From Bacillota bacterium (lineage in GTDB: Bacteria > Bacillota > SHA-98 > UBA4971), in assembly GCA_035593725.1 (NCBI GenBank), contig DAOSZN010000011.1:6789-70788 (forward strand): DNA of 64,000 nucleotides, in the 5' to 3' direction. Numbering within the stretch: the stretch's first letter is position 1; every line of letters starts with the position of its first letter. The translations under genes were made by a program, and so were the position numbers. Below the pieces are notes generated by a model. It was not told the DNA's origin, did no database searches, and worked only from the letters and a program-made list of their open reading frames with translations. Positions 1 through 9,374 of this stretch are shown one piece after another.

Positions 1-135
1 TTTCTCTTTCTTCGAGTGTATCCTAAGAATAATGCAAGAACCGCTGCAGATAGGCACTATCAGGACACCGTTCCACAGCGGTCATGTCCATTGGTACTAG
101 ATTAACGGCACTGAGATTTTACCTGCTTCTCCAAG

Positions 136-624
136 TCAGTGAATCTCTATGTCAGAAGCCCCGCACTTGCCGTATATTTCTCTGACATCATTAACCTCAT
201 TGTCGTCGGCCTTTACTACAGCCAAGACCTTTCCTTCCTTAACCTTGTTTTCATAGAACTTGCTACGATTTTCCGGAATCCCCAAATCCACCAGGCCGCC
301 TACAAGTCCGCCTGCCACGGCGCCGGTGAGGCCGGCAGCTATTGGTCCGATAGCGACAATTGGGCCGATTCCGGGTATTGCGAGAGCTCCCAGTCCGGCA
401 AGGACTCCGGCAGTGCCTCCGATTGCGCCTCCGGTGACTGTGCCACCGGAAACATCCGCGCCGCGGCCCATTTTGAGCCCGCCTTCGCCGCGATCCCCGC
501 CACGTCCTTGATCATCCTTGGCAACTATAGATACCTTATCATCGCCGAAGCCTTTCCTCTTTAGCTCGTGAATCGCTCTCTCCGCCTCGTCACGTCTGCT
601 AAATGTGCCTATGATACTTGCCAT
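136..624 (-). CDS. YflT-domain general stress protein with C-terminal glycine-zipper membrane segment
   Basis: N-terminus IGTFSRRDEAERAIHELKRKGF...VSIVAKDD fits the heat-induced stress protein YflT fold; then a long Gly/Ala-rich zipper (GGAIGGTAGVLAGLGALAIPGIGPIVAIGPIAAGL). Confidence 0.6.
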   Translation of the reverse strand: MASIIGTFSRRDEAERAIHELKRKGFGDDKVSIVAKDDQGRGGDRGEGGLKMGRGADVSGGTVTGGAIGGTAGVLAGLGALAIPGIGPIVAIGPIAAGLTGAVAGGLVGGLVDLGIPENRSKFYENKVKEGKVLAVVKADDNEVNDVREIYGKCGASDIEIH

Positions 625-876
625 CTATTTTGCCTCCTCCTTCTTAATAGGGTTTGGCTTTAGTTTGACATAATACTCAGGCTCATATGCGTTATTTAGC
701 TTCTCTTTCAGCCGAAGGTATTCAGCGACGAGCTTATCAAGGCGTTCACTGATATCGTAAGTCTCAGCGTTGTCAAGCTTTCCTTGATGTTGGGCTATCG
801 TTGAGTGTAGCTCTCCGCGCAAATCTTCTATTGCTATCCGAAGTGTTTGCAATCTTCTCTCTAGATCTTGCATCAT
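625..876 (-). CDS. Spo0E-like sporulation regulatory protein (aspartyl-phosphate phosphatase family)
   Basis: 83 aa helical protein; IEDLRGEL ... DISERLDKLVAEYLRLK matches the Spo0E signature SQELDxLIxxYxxLK; strong RBS GGAGGGAG 4 nt before ATGATG. Confidence 0.55.
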   Translation of the reverse strand: MMQDLERRLQTLRIAIEDLRGELHSTIAQHQGKLDNAETYDISERLDKLVAEYLRLKEKLNNAYEPEYYVKLKPNPIKKEEAK

Positions 877-2149
877 TTAGCTCCCTCCGAATTAGGAACG
901 ACTCAGTTTTGCGCGGGCCTGCCACCGCTATTACAGGTGACTCTTTACCTAGGAGGTGACCGGCTATTCGAGTTACGTCATTATATGTCACGTCATCAAT
1001 GACTCTACTGATTTCATCCGGTGTGTACAGTGGCTCGCCTGCAAGTTCCAGCCTTCCAAGCCTGCTCATTCTACTATTAGTAGTCTCGAGATTAAGTGCT
1101 AAGGCGTTTTTCAATTGTTCTTTGCCACGGTTATATTCTTCCCACTTAAGGCCGTTGTTACATATATCATAAAGTTCTTCCATGATCAAATCCTTAACAA
1201 GGCTGATATTTTCCACGCCGGTCCCTGCATATACTGCAAACACCCCGGTGTCTTCGTATAAGGCTGTATAGGAGTAAGTCGAGTAGACCAGACCGCGGTC
1301 CTCTCTGAGTTTCTGGAAAAGCCTGGAGCTTAACCCTCCTCCGAATGCGACATCTAAGACGTATAACCCAAACCTGTCCGGGTGGTTTCTGTTAAAGGCT
1401 TCGTACCCGATACAAAGGTGAGCCTGTTCTATAGCTTTAGAACGAAAAGCCTGTGCCCCCGGTTTCCATTTAGAGGTTGTGGGGGACTTCATTTTTCTCC
1501 TGGATAAATCCAGACGCTTGTTTACTTCTTCCACAACTTCATCATGCTTTATGTTGCCTGCAGCTGATATGACTGCGCCTTCTGTTACGTAATGCTCGGA
1601 CATGTACTTGACAATATCGTCTCTTCCAAGACTCTTCAGGGTTTTGAGGGATCCGAGAGTCGGCAGTCCAAGAGCGCAAGGGCCCCATGCTGTGGATGCA
1701 AGTAAATCATGGACGACTTCTTCCGGCGAATCCTCGTACATGGCTATTTCTTCAGCTATAACGCCTTTTTCCTTTGTGATGTCGCTTTCTGCAAGTAAAG
1801 GGCGGCAAGCAATATCGCAGATAATATCTACTGCAAGTCTCATACATCTATCAGGCACTTTAGCGTAATAGCATGTATAGTCTTTGGTAGTTACAGCATT
1901 CAGATATCCCCCTACCTCGTCTATCTCTTCTGCAATTTTCCTGGCTGTACGACTTTCAGTGCCTTTGAAAACCAGATGTTCAATAAAGTGAGAAATACCG
2001 TTTATTTTTGGGCTTTCCCAGCGAGATCCGGCATTCAACCATAAACCGACTGTACACGATCGTACATGGGGGATTTCTTCAGTCACCACCTTTGTCCCGC
2101 CAGGGAGCACAATTCTCTTGTACCGGTTCACTGCACCACTCCTAGACAT
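773..2149 (-). CDS. M16 (pitrilysin/insulinase) family zinc peptidase
   Basis: HFIEHLVFKGT inverted zinc motif HxxEH and M16 two-domain layout; ORF opens with GTG at 2173, ATG at 2149 (MSRSG) preferred; last 34 codons overlap the Spo0E-like gene. Confidence 0.85.
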   Translation of the reverse strand: MSRSGAVNRYKRIVLPGGTKVVTEEIPHVRSCTVGLWLNAGSRWESPKINGISHFIEHLVFKGTESRTARKIAEEIDEVGGYLNAVTTKDYTCYYAKVPDRCMRLAVDIICDIACRPLLAESDITKEKGVIAEEIAMYEDSPEEVVHDLLASTAWGPCALGLPTLGSLKTLKSLGRDDIVKYMSEHYVTEGAVISAAGNIKHDEVVEEVNKRLDLSRRKMKSPTTSKWKPGAQAFRSKAIEQAHLCIGYEAFNRNHPDRFGLYVLDVAFGGGLSSRLFQKLREDRGLVYSTYSYTALYEDTGVFAVYAGTGVENISLVKDLIMEELYDICNNGLKWEEYNRGKEQLKNALALNLETTNSRMSRLGRLELAGEPLYTPDEISRVIDDVTYNDVTRIAGHLLGKESPVIAVAGPRKTESFLIRRELNDARSREKIANTSDSNRRFARRATLNDSPTSRKA

Positions 2150-2363
2150 CCTTCGCTCTTCATCGACATGCACATAAGAATTCGCCTATCCGGGTCCGAA
2201 TCCTCTTTTCTTTTGCCGCTTACTAGCGACGATTTTTGCGCCACATTCAACCTCTATATCCTGAACTTGCATAGAGGACCTGCCTGTTCTCTGTAGAATT
2301 CGCAAGTACCATCTTTATGCGTCCCAAGGCAAGGGACGTGCAGCAAGGAGGAGAATCCAAGTC

Positions 2364-3746
2364 TTGGACCCAAAGATCGCCGCAACAGTTTTGGCTATTT
2401 TACTCTATGCTTTCTCCGCGAACAATCCTAAACCTGAAAACGTTGTCCCGCCTTCACCTGTAGACGCATATGAGGTGACCTCTGCAAAGCAGACAGACAG
2501 CAAGAAACCGGTTGCTGTCACAGACCACGTCCAAGCTTCTGTCAAAGAACTGGCCAGGGTCCGCAAAGGGCCCGGAACAGACTTTCCGACTTTACAGAAG
2601 CTTCCTTCCGGCGCACGAGTCACTGTTATCGCTCAATTTGCCGATTGGTATCAGGTCAAGCTCTCCAACGGACAAACAGGTTGGATGGCCGGATTTCTCC
2701 TCGAAGGCAGCAATCTGCCTGCTCTGAATCCTATGGAAAAAACCGGGTTTCCGTCTGACGCCGCCCGTAACAGGCCGGAAGCAAGACTTGGCACACGTAA
2801 AGTAATTGGATACTATACAGAGGATTACCATGGTGACCCAACATCATACGGGTCTCTTCTGCCTAATAAAGACTTTCTTGACGGTATAGCCATTTTCTTG
2901 CATCCGATAGACAAAGATGGGAGAGTAATAGGAGAGACCAGCGAAAGAGCGATGAAAGCAGCGAAGTCCGGAAATTTGCAGACTCTGGCTCTTGTACATA
3001 ACCTGGTGGAAGGCGGATTTGATGAGAAGCGCGCTCACTCCTTGCTTCATAGCTATAATTCGAGGGCTAAGGCAATTTCGGATATTCTTACAATCTTGGA
3101 GAAACAGGGTTACGATGGGGTTAACATAGATCTTGAGAACGTGAATCCGAGAGACCGCGAGAATCTTACAGCTTTCATGAATGAGCTCTGCGCGCGCTTA
3201 AAACCCCGCGGATATCTTGTCACCATGTCCGTGCCTGCCAAGACTCAGGACCTGCCGGGGCAATCCTGGATTGGTGCGTTTGACTACTATGCCCTAGGGA
3301 AAGCCTGCGATTATATAATGCTTATGACGTATGATGAGCACTCTCAAATCAGCGGTTCGGGACCTGTAGCCTCTTTCCCGTGGGTGGAGAAGGTAATCAA
3401 ATATGCGATAACCCAGATACCAAGGCATAAGGTGCTGATGGGAGTGCCTGCATATGGCTATGATTGGAATCTTGCTACAGGAAGGGCGGTAGCGCTTTCG
3501 TATACCCAGGTAATGAACCGCGCAAATCGTATGGGGATTGCCCCGTCTTGGGATTCCAAGGCCAAATCCCCGTTCTTTAAGTATGTGGAAGGCGGCGCTT
3601 GGCACGAAGTATGGTTTGAGTCGCCTCACAGTCTCAAGCCCAAGCTTGAGCTGGTGGAGAAGTACGATATCGGCGGTATTGCCATATGGAAGCTAGGTTA
3701 TGAGGATAATCTATACTGGAAAGCTATTTGTGATGCTCTGGGGTAA
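2364..3746 (+). CDS. Spore cortex-lytic glycoside hydrolase family 18 (YdhD/SleL-like) with N-terminal SH3b domain and signal peptide
   Basis: TTG start 10 nt after AAGGAGGAG; SH3b-like segment (ARVRKGPGTDFPTLQKLPSGARVTV...WYQV); GH18 catalytic block YDGVNIDLE and GH18 core. Confidence 0.8.
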   Translation: MDPKIAATVLAILLYAFSANNPKPENVVPPSPVDAYEVTSAKQTDSKKPVAVTDHVQASVKELARVRKGPGTDFPTLQKLPSGARVTVIAQFADWYQVKLSNGQTGWMAGFLLEGSNLPALNPMEKTGFPSDAARNRPEARLGTRKVIGYYTEDYHGDPTSYGSLLPNKDFLDGIAIFLHPIDKDGRVIGETSERAMKAAKSGNLQTLALVHNLVEGGFDEKRAHSLLHSYNSRAKAISDILTILEKQGYDGVNIDLENVNPRDRENLTAFMNELCARLKPRGYLVTMSVPAKTQDLPGQSWIGAFDYYALGKACDYIMLMTYDEHSQISGSGPVASFPWVEKVIKYAITQIPRHKVLMGVPAYGYDWNLATGRAVALSYTQVMNRANRMGIAPSWDSKAKSPFFKYVEGGAWHEVWFESPHSLKPKLELVEKYDIGGIAIWKLGYEDNLYWKAICDALG

Positions 3747-3751
3747 TTGTC

Positions 3752-4783
3752 TTATCCGGACTCATGCAAGTTTAGCAAATCTGATACGGTGAAAAACCGG
3801 TAACCTGCATTCCGTGATGCGTCCACAATTCTTGGAAGGGCTTTGAGGAATACTTTGGTTGGATGAGCCAGGATGATAGCTCCGGGCGCGATTTTCGGCA
3901 CAACTCTTCCTAATATTTTCTCCGGGTCTTCAGTCTTCCAATCAAGTGTGTCAATGGTCCACATTGTTGTTGTATATCCTAATGAAGCAGCTGCCGAAAC
4001 AACTGTCAGGTTGCATTCGCCGTAGGGCGGAGCAAAGAGTTTGCTTGGCTTGACTCCTAAGCTGACAAGGAGCTTCTCATTGTCTGAAATAAGCTGTTTT
4101 ATCATAGGTTCGCTCATTTTCTCCACATGGACATGCTGATATCCGTGGTTCGCCAGCTCATGCCCTTCTTCGCTGATAAACATTACCATGTCTGGGAATT
4201 TCTGAGCCCACTCGCCGTCAATGAAGAATGTTGCCTTCACATTCTGTTCCCTGAAAATTTCAAGTAATTCAGGAAGACAATCTTCGCCCCAAGCTACGTT
4301 CACTGCGATTGCCATAGCCTGTCTTCCTGTATCAACACGGTAAACAGGACTGAAGTGACGCTTGGTTATTGCCGGAGCGATTACAGTTCGCGCTAATTCC
4401 ACGTTATCCCCTGGTTTTGCCTTCATGGAGCGGTCTACAGTCAGATCCACGTCAATATCAAGGCCTGGGGCTTCCGGGATTAACTCGCCTGTCTCCTTAA
4501 AGATCATAGCATCTTTCGGCGCTGTTCGTTCTTGTTCTGCCATGGCTTCTACAATCCGCCTAACCTCATTAGGCAGATATCCTGAGATGAGCCGTGTCTC
4601 CAGGGTAACTCCGGGCTTTACACCGTAGACCATTCGCCTGATATCATCAAGAGATGAGACAAGAACTACCGTGAACACAAAGATTAGAACGGCGAATGCC
4701 ATAAGAAGCGTCATCTCTCGTGTAATCACAATTGCGGTGAGACGGCCTTCACGTTTGGGAGTCAGTCTGTCCTTACGTTTCAT
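3752..4783 (-). CDS. Membrane-anchored polysaccharide deacetylase (CE4/NodB domain), PdaA-like
   Basis: NodB domain with GHELANHGYQH and TxDTLDW-type motifs; N-terminal TM; start ATG at 4783 preceded by AAAGGAGGGA (ORF extends to 4843). Confidence 0.8.
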   Translation of the reverse strand: MKRKDRLTPKREGRLTAIVITREMTLLMAFAVLIFVFTVVLVSSLDDIRRMVYGVKPGVTLETRLISGYLPNEVRRIVEAMAEQERTAPKDAMIFKETGELIPEAPGLDIDVDLTVDRSMKAKPGDNVELARTVIAPAITKRHFSPVYRVDTGRQAMAIAVNVAWGEDCLPELLEIFREQNVKATFFIDGEWAQKFPDMVMFISEEGHELANHGYQHVHVEKMSEPMIKQLISDNEKLLVSLGVKPSKLFAPPYGECNLTVVSAAASLGYTTTMWTIDTLDWKTEDPEKILGRVVPKIAPGAIILAHPTKVFLKALPRIVDASRNAGYRFFTVSDLLNLHESG

Positions 4784-5594
4784 CCAGAAGGTCCCTCCTT
4801 TCGCCCCTGCTTTGTGAGGGCATTTGTATAGGTCGCATTTCACCTGTATGGGGATGTATATAATAATCGCCTTCGAGTAAGAGTTGACTCAAAGGGACTA
4901 TCTTATATCCTTGCTCCATAATCCCTTCAATGATTTGAGGCAAGGCCTCGGGAGTGTTGCGACCTGTCACATGAAACCGGATGATGGCGCCTTTATGCAG
5001 CTTTCTTAGCACCCTCTTTTCCATGTCGTTTGAGGATGTCCCGCGCCAGTCCAACGAATCTATGCTCCACATCACTGTTTCATACCCCAGTTCTCTGGAA
5101 GCCTCTATCACTTTATTGCTGTACTCACCATAAGGAGGCCTAAAAACCTCGGGCGTTTGGCCTGAAACCTTCTCAATGTGTTTATGAGCCTTCTCCAGTT
5201 CCCGTTTGAGCTCAGCTTTAAGAAGAGAGTTGGAGTGAGGAAGGGAATAAGTGTAGTTGCCGAGTTCGTGGTTGCTCTCAATAATCTTGTTTACGGAATC
5301 CCGATGTTTCTCTATCCATTCTCCGGACAAAAAGAAGATTGCGTTGACATTATACCTTTCCAGAACACTTAGGATTTCCAACGTCAGGTCCTTCCCCGAT
5401 TCGCCTTCAAATGTCAAACTGACCTTATTTTCCGGTGTAAACACGGAATACACCGGAACAAGCCTACCGGACACGGTAGCAATAACTGCTTTAGCTGCTG
5501 TGAATAACGCTATTTGAGAGGTATCGATGATAATAAGCAACACTATGAGTATGAGAGCCGGTCTCTTCCAATTTTGTCCGATGACGATCAACAT
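4773..5594 (-). CDS. Polysaccharide deacetylase family protein (CE4 paralog, motifs diverged)
   Basis: NodB-like domain (RPPYGEYS, SIDSLDW) with N-terminal TM; canonical TFDDG reads TFEGES and the His motif reads HELGNYTYS; start 5594 after GGGGAGGA. Confidence 0.75.
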   Translation of the reverse strand: MLIVIGQNWKRPALILIVLLIIIDTSQIALFTAAKAVIATVSGRLVPVYSVFTPENKVSLTFEGESGKDLTLEILSVLERYNVNAIFFLSGEWIEKHRDSVNKIIESNHELGNYTYSLPHSNSLLKAELKRELEKAHKHIEKVSGQTPEVFRPPYGEYSNKVIEASRELGYETVMWSIDSLDWRGTSSNDMEKRVLRKLHKGAIIRFHVTGRNTPEALPQIIEGIMEQGYKIVPLSQLLLEGDYYIHPHTGEMRPIQMPSQSRGERRDLLDET

Positions 5595-5695
5595 TTGAGA
5601 GGTCCTCCCCGGGGAGAGCATTTCCCATAATACTTATGCAGGATCCGGAGACGGAATGCAGGTCTTGGAAAAGTAGCCAGGCGGGAGACACCTGG

Positions 5696-6154
5696 CTACT
5701 TTGCGAAATAGTGATTGCCGATGACAGTCGTGACGGGCCTTGTGAAAATCCAGTAGGATGTGACGCGAGCGGGATTATAGAAATACAGGGCGCCATAAGT
5801 GGGGTCCCGACCTGACAAGGCCTCTCCGGCAGCTCTATAGGAATCCGGGTCCGGTGTGCAGCCAATCTGTCCGTCGTAGACTGACGTGAATGCCCAATCA
5901 TCGTAGATGACACCGGAGACAGTCGAAGGGAACAGAGGACTGCGAACCCTATTCATAACTACAGCGCCAACAGCGACTTTACCGAGGTATGGTTCGCCTC
6001 TTGCTTCACCTGATATTACCTGAGCCAGTAGTTCATAGTCAGATTGTCCTGCGCTCGCAAGGTCCTCCTCTGCGCCTGGAAGACCCATGCATAACACCAT
6101 GAAAGGAGCCAGGACACAAATGAGTATAATGAAATAAGCTTTTCGGTTTCTCAT
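5696..6154 (-). CDS. SleB/CwlJ-family cell wall hydrolase (Hydrolase_2 domain)
   Basis: ISGEARGEPYLGKVAVGAVVMNRV is the SleB/CwlJ catalytic-domain signature; signal peptide; start ATG at 6154 after GGGGG. Confidence 0.75.
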   Translation of the reverse strand: MRNRKAYFIILICVLAPFMVLCMGLPGAEEDLASAGQSDYELLAQVISGEARGEPYLGKVAVGAVVMNRVRSPLFPSTVSGVIYDDWAFTSVYDGQIGCTPDPDSYRAAGEALSGRDPTYGALYFYNPARVTSYWIFTRPVTTVIGNHYFAK

Positions 6155-6273
6155 GGTTTCGCCCCCTTTATGAAAAGACACGAATAACCTCATAAAGGCG
6201 AACTTATGAGCGGATTATAGCATGGGGATCCCGGGAGGACAACCGGAAGATGCTGCTAAAAGAGGAATGAATG

Positions 6274-8448
6274 TTATTGGCTGCCTAGCCATCTCCGGAC
6301 TGAGTCCACAGCTTGGCTGTTGTTTTCCACAGACAGAGTGACGTCGGGAAGCGATGACAGAAAGGCCTTGCCGTACCATTTCCCTACTAAGCGATTATCA
6401 AGGACTACAACAACTCCTCGATCTTCGCTGCTTCTTATTAGACGCCCAAAGCCTTGTCTGAATCTGATTACAGCTGAAGGAAGGGCATAGGACCGAAAAC
6501 CATCGATGTTTTGCGCCCTAAAAGCCTCCATTCTTGCTTCATAAACAGGATTGGTGGGGACTTGAAAAGGAAGTCTCACAAGAATAACGCATGAAAGTGC
6601 ATCGCCAGGGACATCCACGCCTTGCCAGAAACTATCAGCTCCAAGGAGCGCGCCTGGCTCCTCCTGAAAACAAGTAAGCATGCGATGACGGGGCATTGCG
6701 CCTTGCCTGAATACTTTGATGCCTGATTCTTCCAAGGAGGGCCGGATCATCTCTTCAACCTTATCGAGCATAGCATAGGATGTAAACAGCACAAATGCCC
6801 GTCCCTGTGAAGCTTGGATGATTTCAGAGATTAGCTTTGAGGCTTCTTGTATGAATAACGGATGGCGTGGGTCGGGCAAGTCTTTAGGAACTATAAGCAA
6901 GGCTTGATTTGGAAAGTCAAAAGGCGAGTCAAATATGAATTCTAAAGCGGGATCAAGCTGCTCGTCGAGTCCTACCAGGTGTTTGAAAAACTGAAAATCC
7001 CCTCCTACAGTCATTGTTGCTGAGGTAAGGACCGCCGATTCGACCATGTCAAATAAGTGTTCACGGAGATAAGGCGCCACATCAAGTGGTGTGGCGATAA
7101 GTTGAATACCGGTAGGATGGTTTTCGCTCCAGTAGACAAATCCACTGTCTTCCATGGACATGACGAATCTAAGAGATGTGATTTGTGAGGACAGCCTGCC
7201 TACCACGCCTTGGATGTCCCCTTCCAGAGGCTTAAGGCCTGTATCTGATTCACCCTCAAGCACATTAAGGCCTTCCAGGATCTGATTGAGATTTGCCAGC
7301 AGTTCTTGACCTCTGATAATGGCCTTCTCCGCGCTTGGCATAATTATGTCCTGCCACTCGACTGATTCTATCATGTCTTCATTCAGCCTGACTGCGTTAT
7401 TCCCTCTCTGATATTGCGCTAAGACATGCCTTAGGAATTTGCCGAAAGACTCGAAAAATGAAGCGGACGCCTCATAGCTTCGTCGGGTAGCCTCTATTGA
7501 AGAGTCAATCGAAGACACCATCTTCTGCACAAGACTGTCTTTGACTTCAGCTCCGGCAGCAAAAACCGTAGCTCTTAGACTAAACAGCAAACCTCCCCTT
7601 CCGCGACGAGGACCTTCAATGTGAACGAGCTCGCTATGGGCTCTTTTGATATTTCCGAAGGATGCTCTGTATCCTAAATGTTCTTCAGCTACATCAGGAA
7701 TGTTATGAGCCTCGTCCAAAACAAGATATCGGTATTCCGGAAGAACTCGACTGCTTGAGCTATCAGGCATTACTGTCCGTAAGGCAATATCCGAAAGTAA
7801 AAGGTGATGGTTGGTGACTAAGATATCAGCCTCTTCCATCTGTGATCGCGCTTTCAGAAAATAGCACCTTTTGCGCCACGGACATCGAGTCCTGAGACAA
7901 GACATGGAATCCGATGAAACGCTGTCCCAGATCTCGCCCGGCGCCTCCAGATGAAAGTCAGATCTGGACCCTGTTGGGACATTCGCCAATTCGCTGATGA
8001 ACTCAGCGAACGCCAACCTGAAATCGTCCGAGGTCTCGTCTTCCATTTCATTTGAAAGAATTGCAAGCTTTCTATGGCAGACGTAGTTGGATCTTCCTTT
8101 GACCAAACAATACCGAAACTCCACTTCCAGGCAGTCAGCAAGGGAAGGAAGGTCTTTCTGAATAAGCTGTTCTTGAAGGTTAATGGTATTTGTGGATATT
8201 ACTATCTTGTTTCCTGTGGCAGAAGCCCATAGGATAGCAGGAACAAGGTAAGCGACGGACTTGCCTGTGCCTGTGCCGCTTTCCATAAGTGCGTGGCGGG
8301 ATGTCAAGAAACTGCGCAACACCATATGAGCCATTTGTTGCTGGGATTCTCGAAATTCGTATCTGGGCAAGGCTTTTGCCAAAAGGCCTTCAGGCTCAAA
8401 TATCGTTCGTATTTTTTCTTGAATCCGGTCTTGTTTAAGCTCTGCCAA
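6274..8448 (-). CDS. dinG: DinG/XPD(Rad3)-family ATP-dependent DNA helicase with Fe-S cluster domain
   Basis: Walker A ESGTGTGKS; DEAH box LVLDEAHNI; four-Cys Fe-S insert (CHRK...C...CPWRKRC); helicase C-terminal motifs. Confidence 0.8.
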   Translation of the reverse strand: MAELKQDRIQEKIRTIFEPEGLLAKALPRYEFRESQQQMAHMVLRSFLTSRHALMESGTGTGKSVAYLVPAILWASATGNKIVISTNTINLQEQLIQKDLPSLADCLEVEFRYCLVKGRSNYVCHRKLAILSNEMEDETSDDFRLAFAEFISELANVPTGSRSDFHLEAPGEIWDSVSSDSMSCLRTRCPWRKRCYFLKARSQMEEADILVTNHHLLLSDIALRTVMPDSSSSRVLPEYRYLVLDEAHNIPDVAEEHLGYRASFGNIKRAHSELVHIEGPRRGRGGLLFSLRATVFAAGAEVKDSLVQKMVSSIDSSIEATRRSYEASASFFESFGKFLRHVLAQYQRGNNAVRLNEDMIESVEWQDIIMPSAEKAIIRGQELLANLNQILEGLNVLEGESDTGLKPLEGDIQGVVGRLSSQITSLRFVMSMEDSGFVYWSENHPTGIQLIATPLDVAPYLREHLFDMVESAVLTSATMTVGGDFQFFKHLVGLDEQLDPALEFIFDSPFDFPNQALLIVPKDLPDPRHPLFIQEASKLISEIIQASQGRAFVLFTSYAMLDKVEEMIRPSLEESGIKVFRQGAMPRHRMLTCFQEEPGALLGADSFWQGVDVPGDALSCVILVRLPFQVPTNPVYEARMEAFRAQNIDGFRSYALPSAVIRFRQGFGRLIRSSEDRGVVVVLDNRLVGKWYGKAFLSSLPDVTLSVENNSQAVDSVRRWLGSQ

Positions 8449-9312
8449 CTACCATATCACCGCCTCTTGGGCAAGACGTCTGATAGCAGCAAGATTCCGC
8501 CTATCATCTTCAATGCCCTTCTTCGGCGTTTCCAGAATAAAGGGCACCTCACGAAGTTTGGAGTTTCCGAGGATAACGCGAAACCCTTCCTCTCCTATCA
8601 TGCCGGATCCGATATCCGCATGGCGGTCAAGACGGGATCCTAAAACACCCATTGAATCATTGGCATGAACAAGGGCGACACGGGACATTCCAAGAATTTC
8701 ATCCAATTGTCCTAAGGTTTTGGCAAGTCCTTCTCTCGTCGCTATATCATAACCTGCTGCGAACATGTGGCAGGTGTCCAGACAGATTCCAAGAGGCACC
8801 GAATCTGATATATCCATTATGTCTCTTTGATGTTCAAACATCCATCCGATTTCAGTTCCGGCGCCTGAAACCATTTCAAGAAGGAGCAGTAATCCATCGC
8901 CCGGCAAGAGCTCTGCCATATCGCATGCTTTCGTAATTGCCTCTCTGATTCTCTTAATGCCCGCTTCTACGCCTGAACCTAGGTGATTACCGGGATGAAT
9001 GACCAGATAGTCTGCTTCGAGACATTGGCAACCTGCAATTTCATGGGCAAGAGCCCGAACTGATACTTCATATGTCTCTTCTTTGGGCGAAGCAAGGTTA
9101 AGAAGGTACGGGGCGTGAATAGCCAACGGTCTTATGTCTTTTTCGATAAGGCTCTGCTTGAAAGCTGAAGCCTCATCTTCATGGATGGCCTTGTGCCTAA
9201 GACTCCTAGGATTCCCGGCGAACATCTGAATAGTGTCACACTCAAGGAGAGTAGCGTCATCCAGCGCCTTATTAAGGCCTCCTGCTTTGCTTACGTGCAC
9301 ACCGAATCTCAT
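8449..9312 (-). CDS. nfo: Endonuclease IV (AP endonuclease family 2)
   Basis: TIM-barrel Nfo signature blocks (HAPYLLNLAS, HPG..., LLLLEM.SG); abuts dinG with no gap. Confidence 0.9.
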   Translation of the reverse strand: MRFGVHVSKAGGLNKALDDATLLECDTIQMFAGNPRSLRHKAIHEDEASAFKQSLIEKDIRPLAIHAPYLLNLASPKEETYEVSVRALAHEIAGCQCLEADYLVIHPGNHLGSGVEAGIKRIREAITKACDMAELLPGDGLLLLLEMVSGAGTEIGWMFEHQRDIMDISDSVPLGICLDTCHMFAAGYDIATREGLAKTLGQLDEILGMSRVALVHANDSMGVLGSRLDRHADIGSGMIGEEGFRVILGNSKLREVPFILETPKKGIEDDRRNLAAIRRLAQEAVIW

Positions 9313-9374
9313 AATCAGGTACCTCCTGTCCAGGTATTCGATGTGAGATATGAGTTTCCTGCACGTTACGACTT

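Noticed and set aside
260-511. Pro/Ala-rich 83-aa ORF on the plus strand (and 139..564, 339..524)
   Set aside because: These are antisense or alternative frames of the Gly-rich stress-protein gene. Low-complexity GC-rich codons give open frames on all strands, and there is no RBS.
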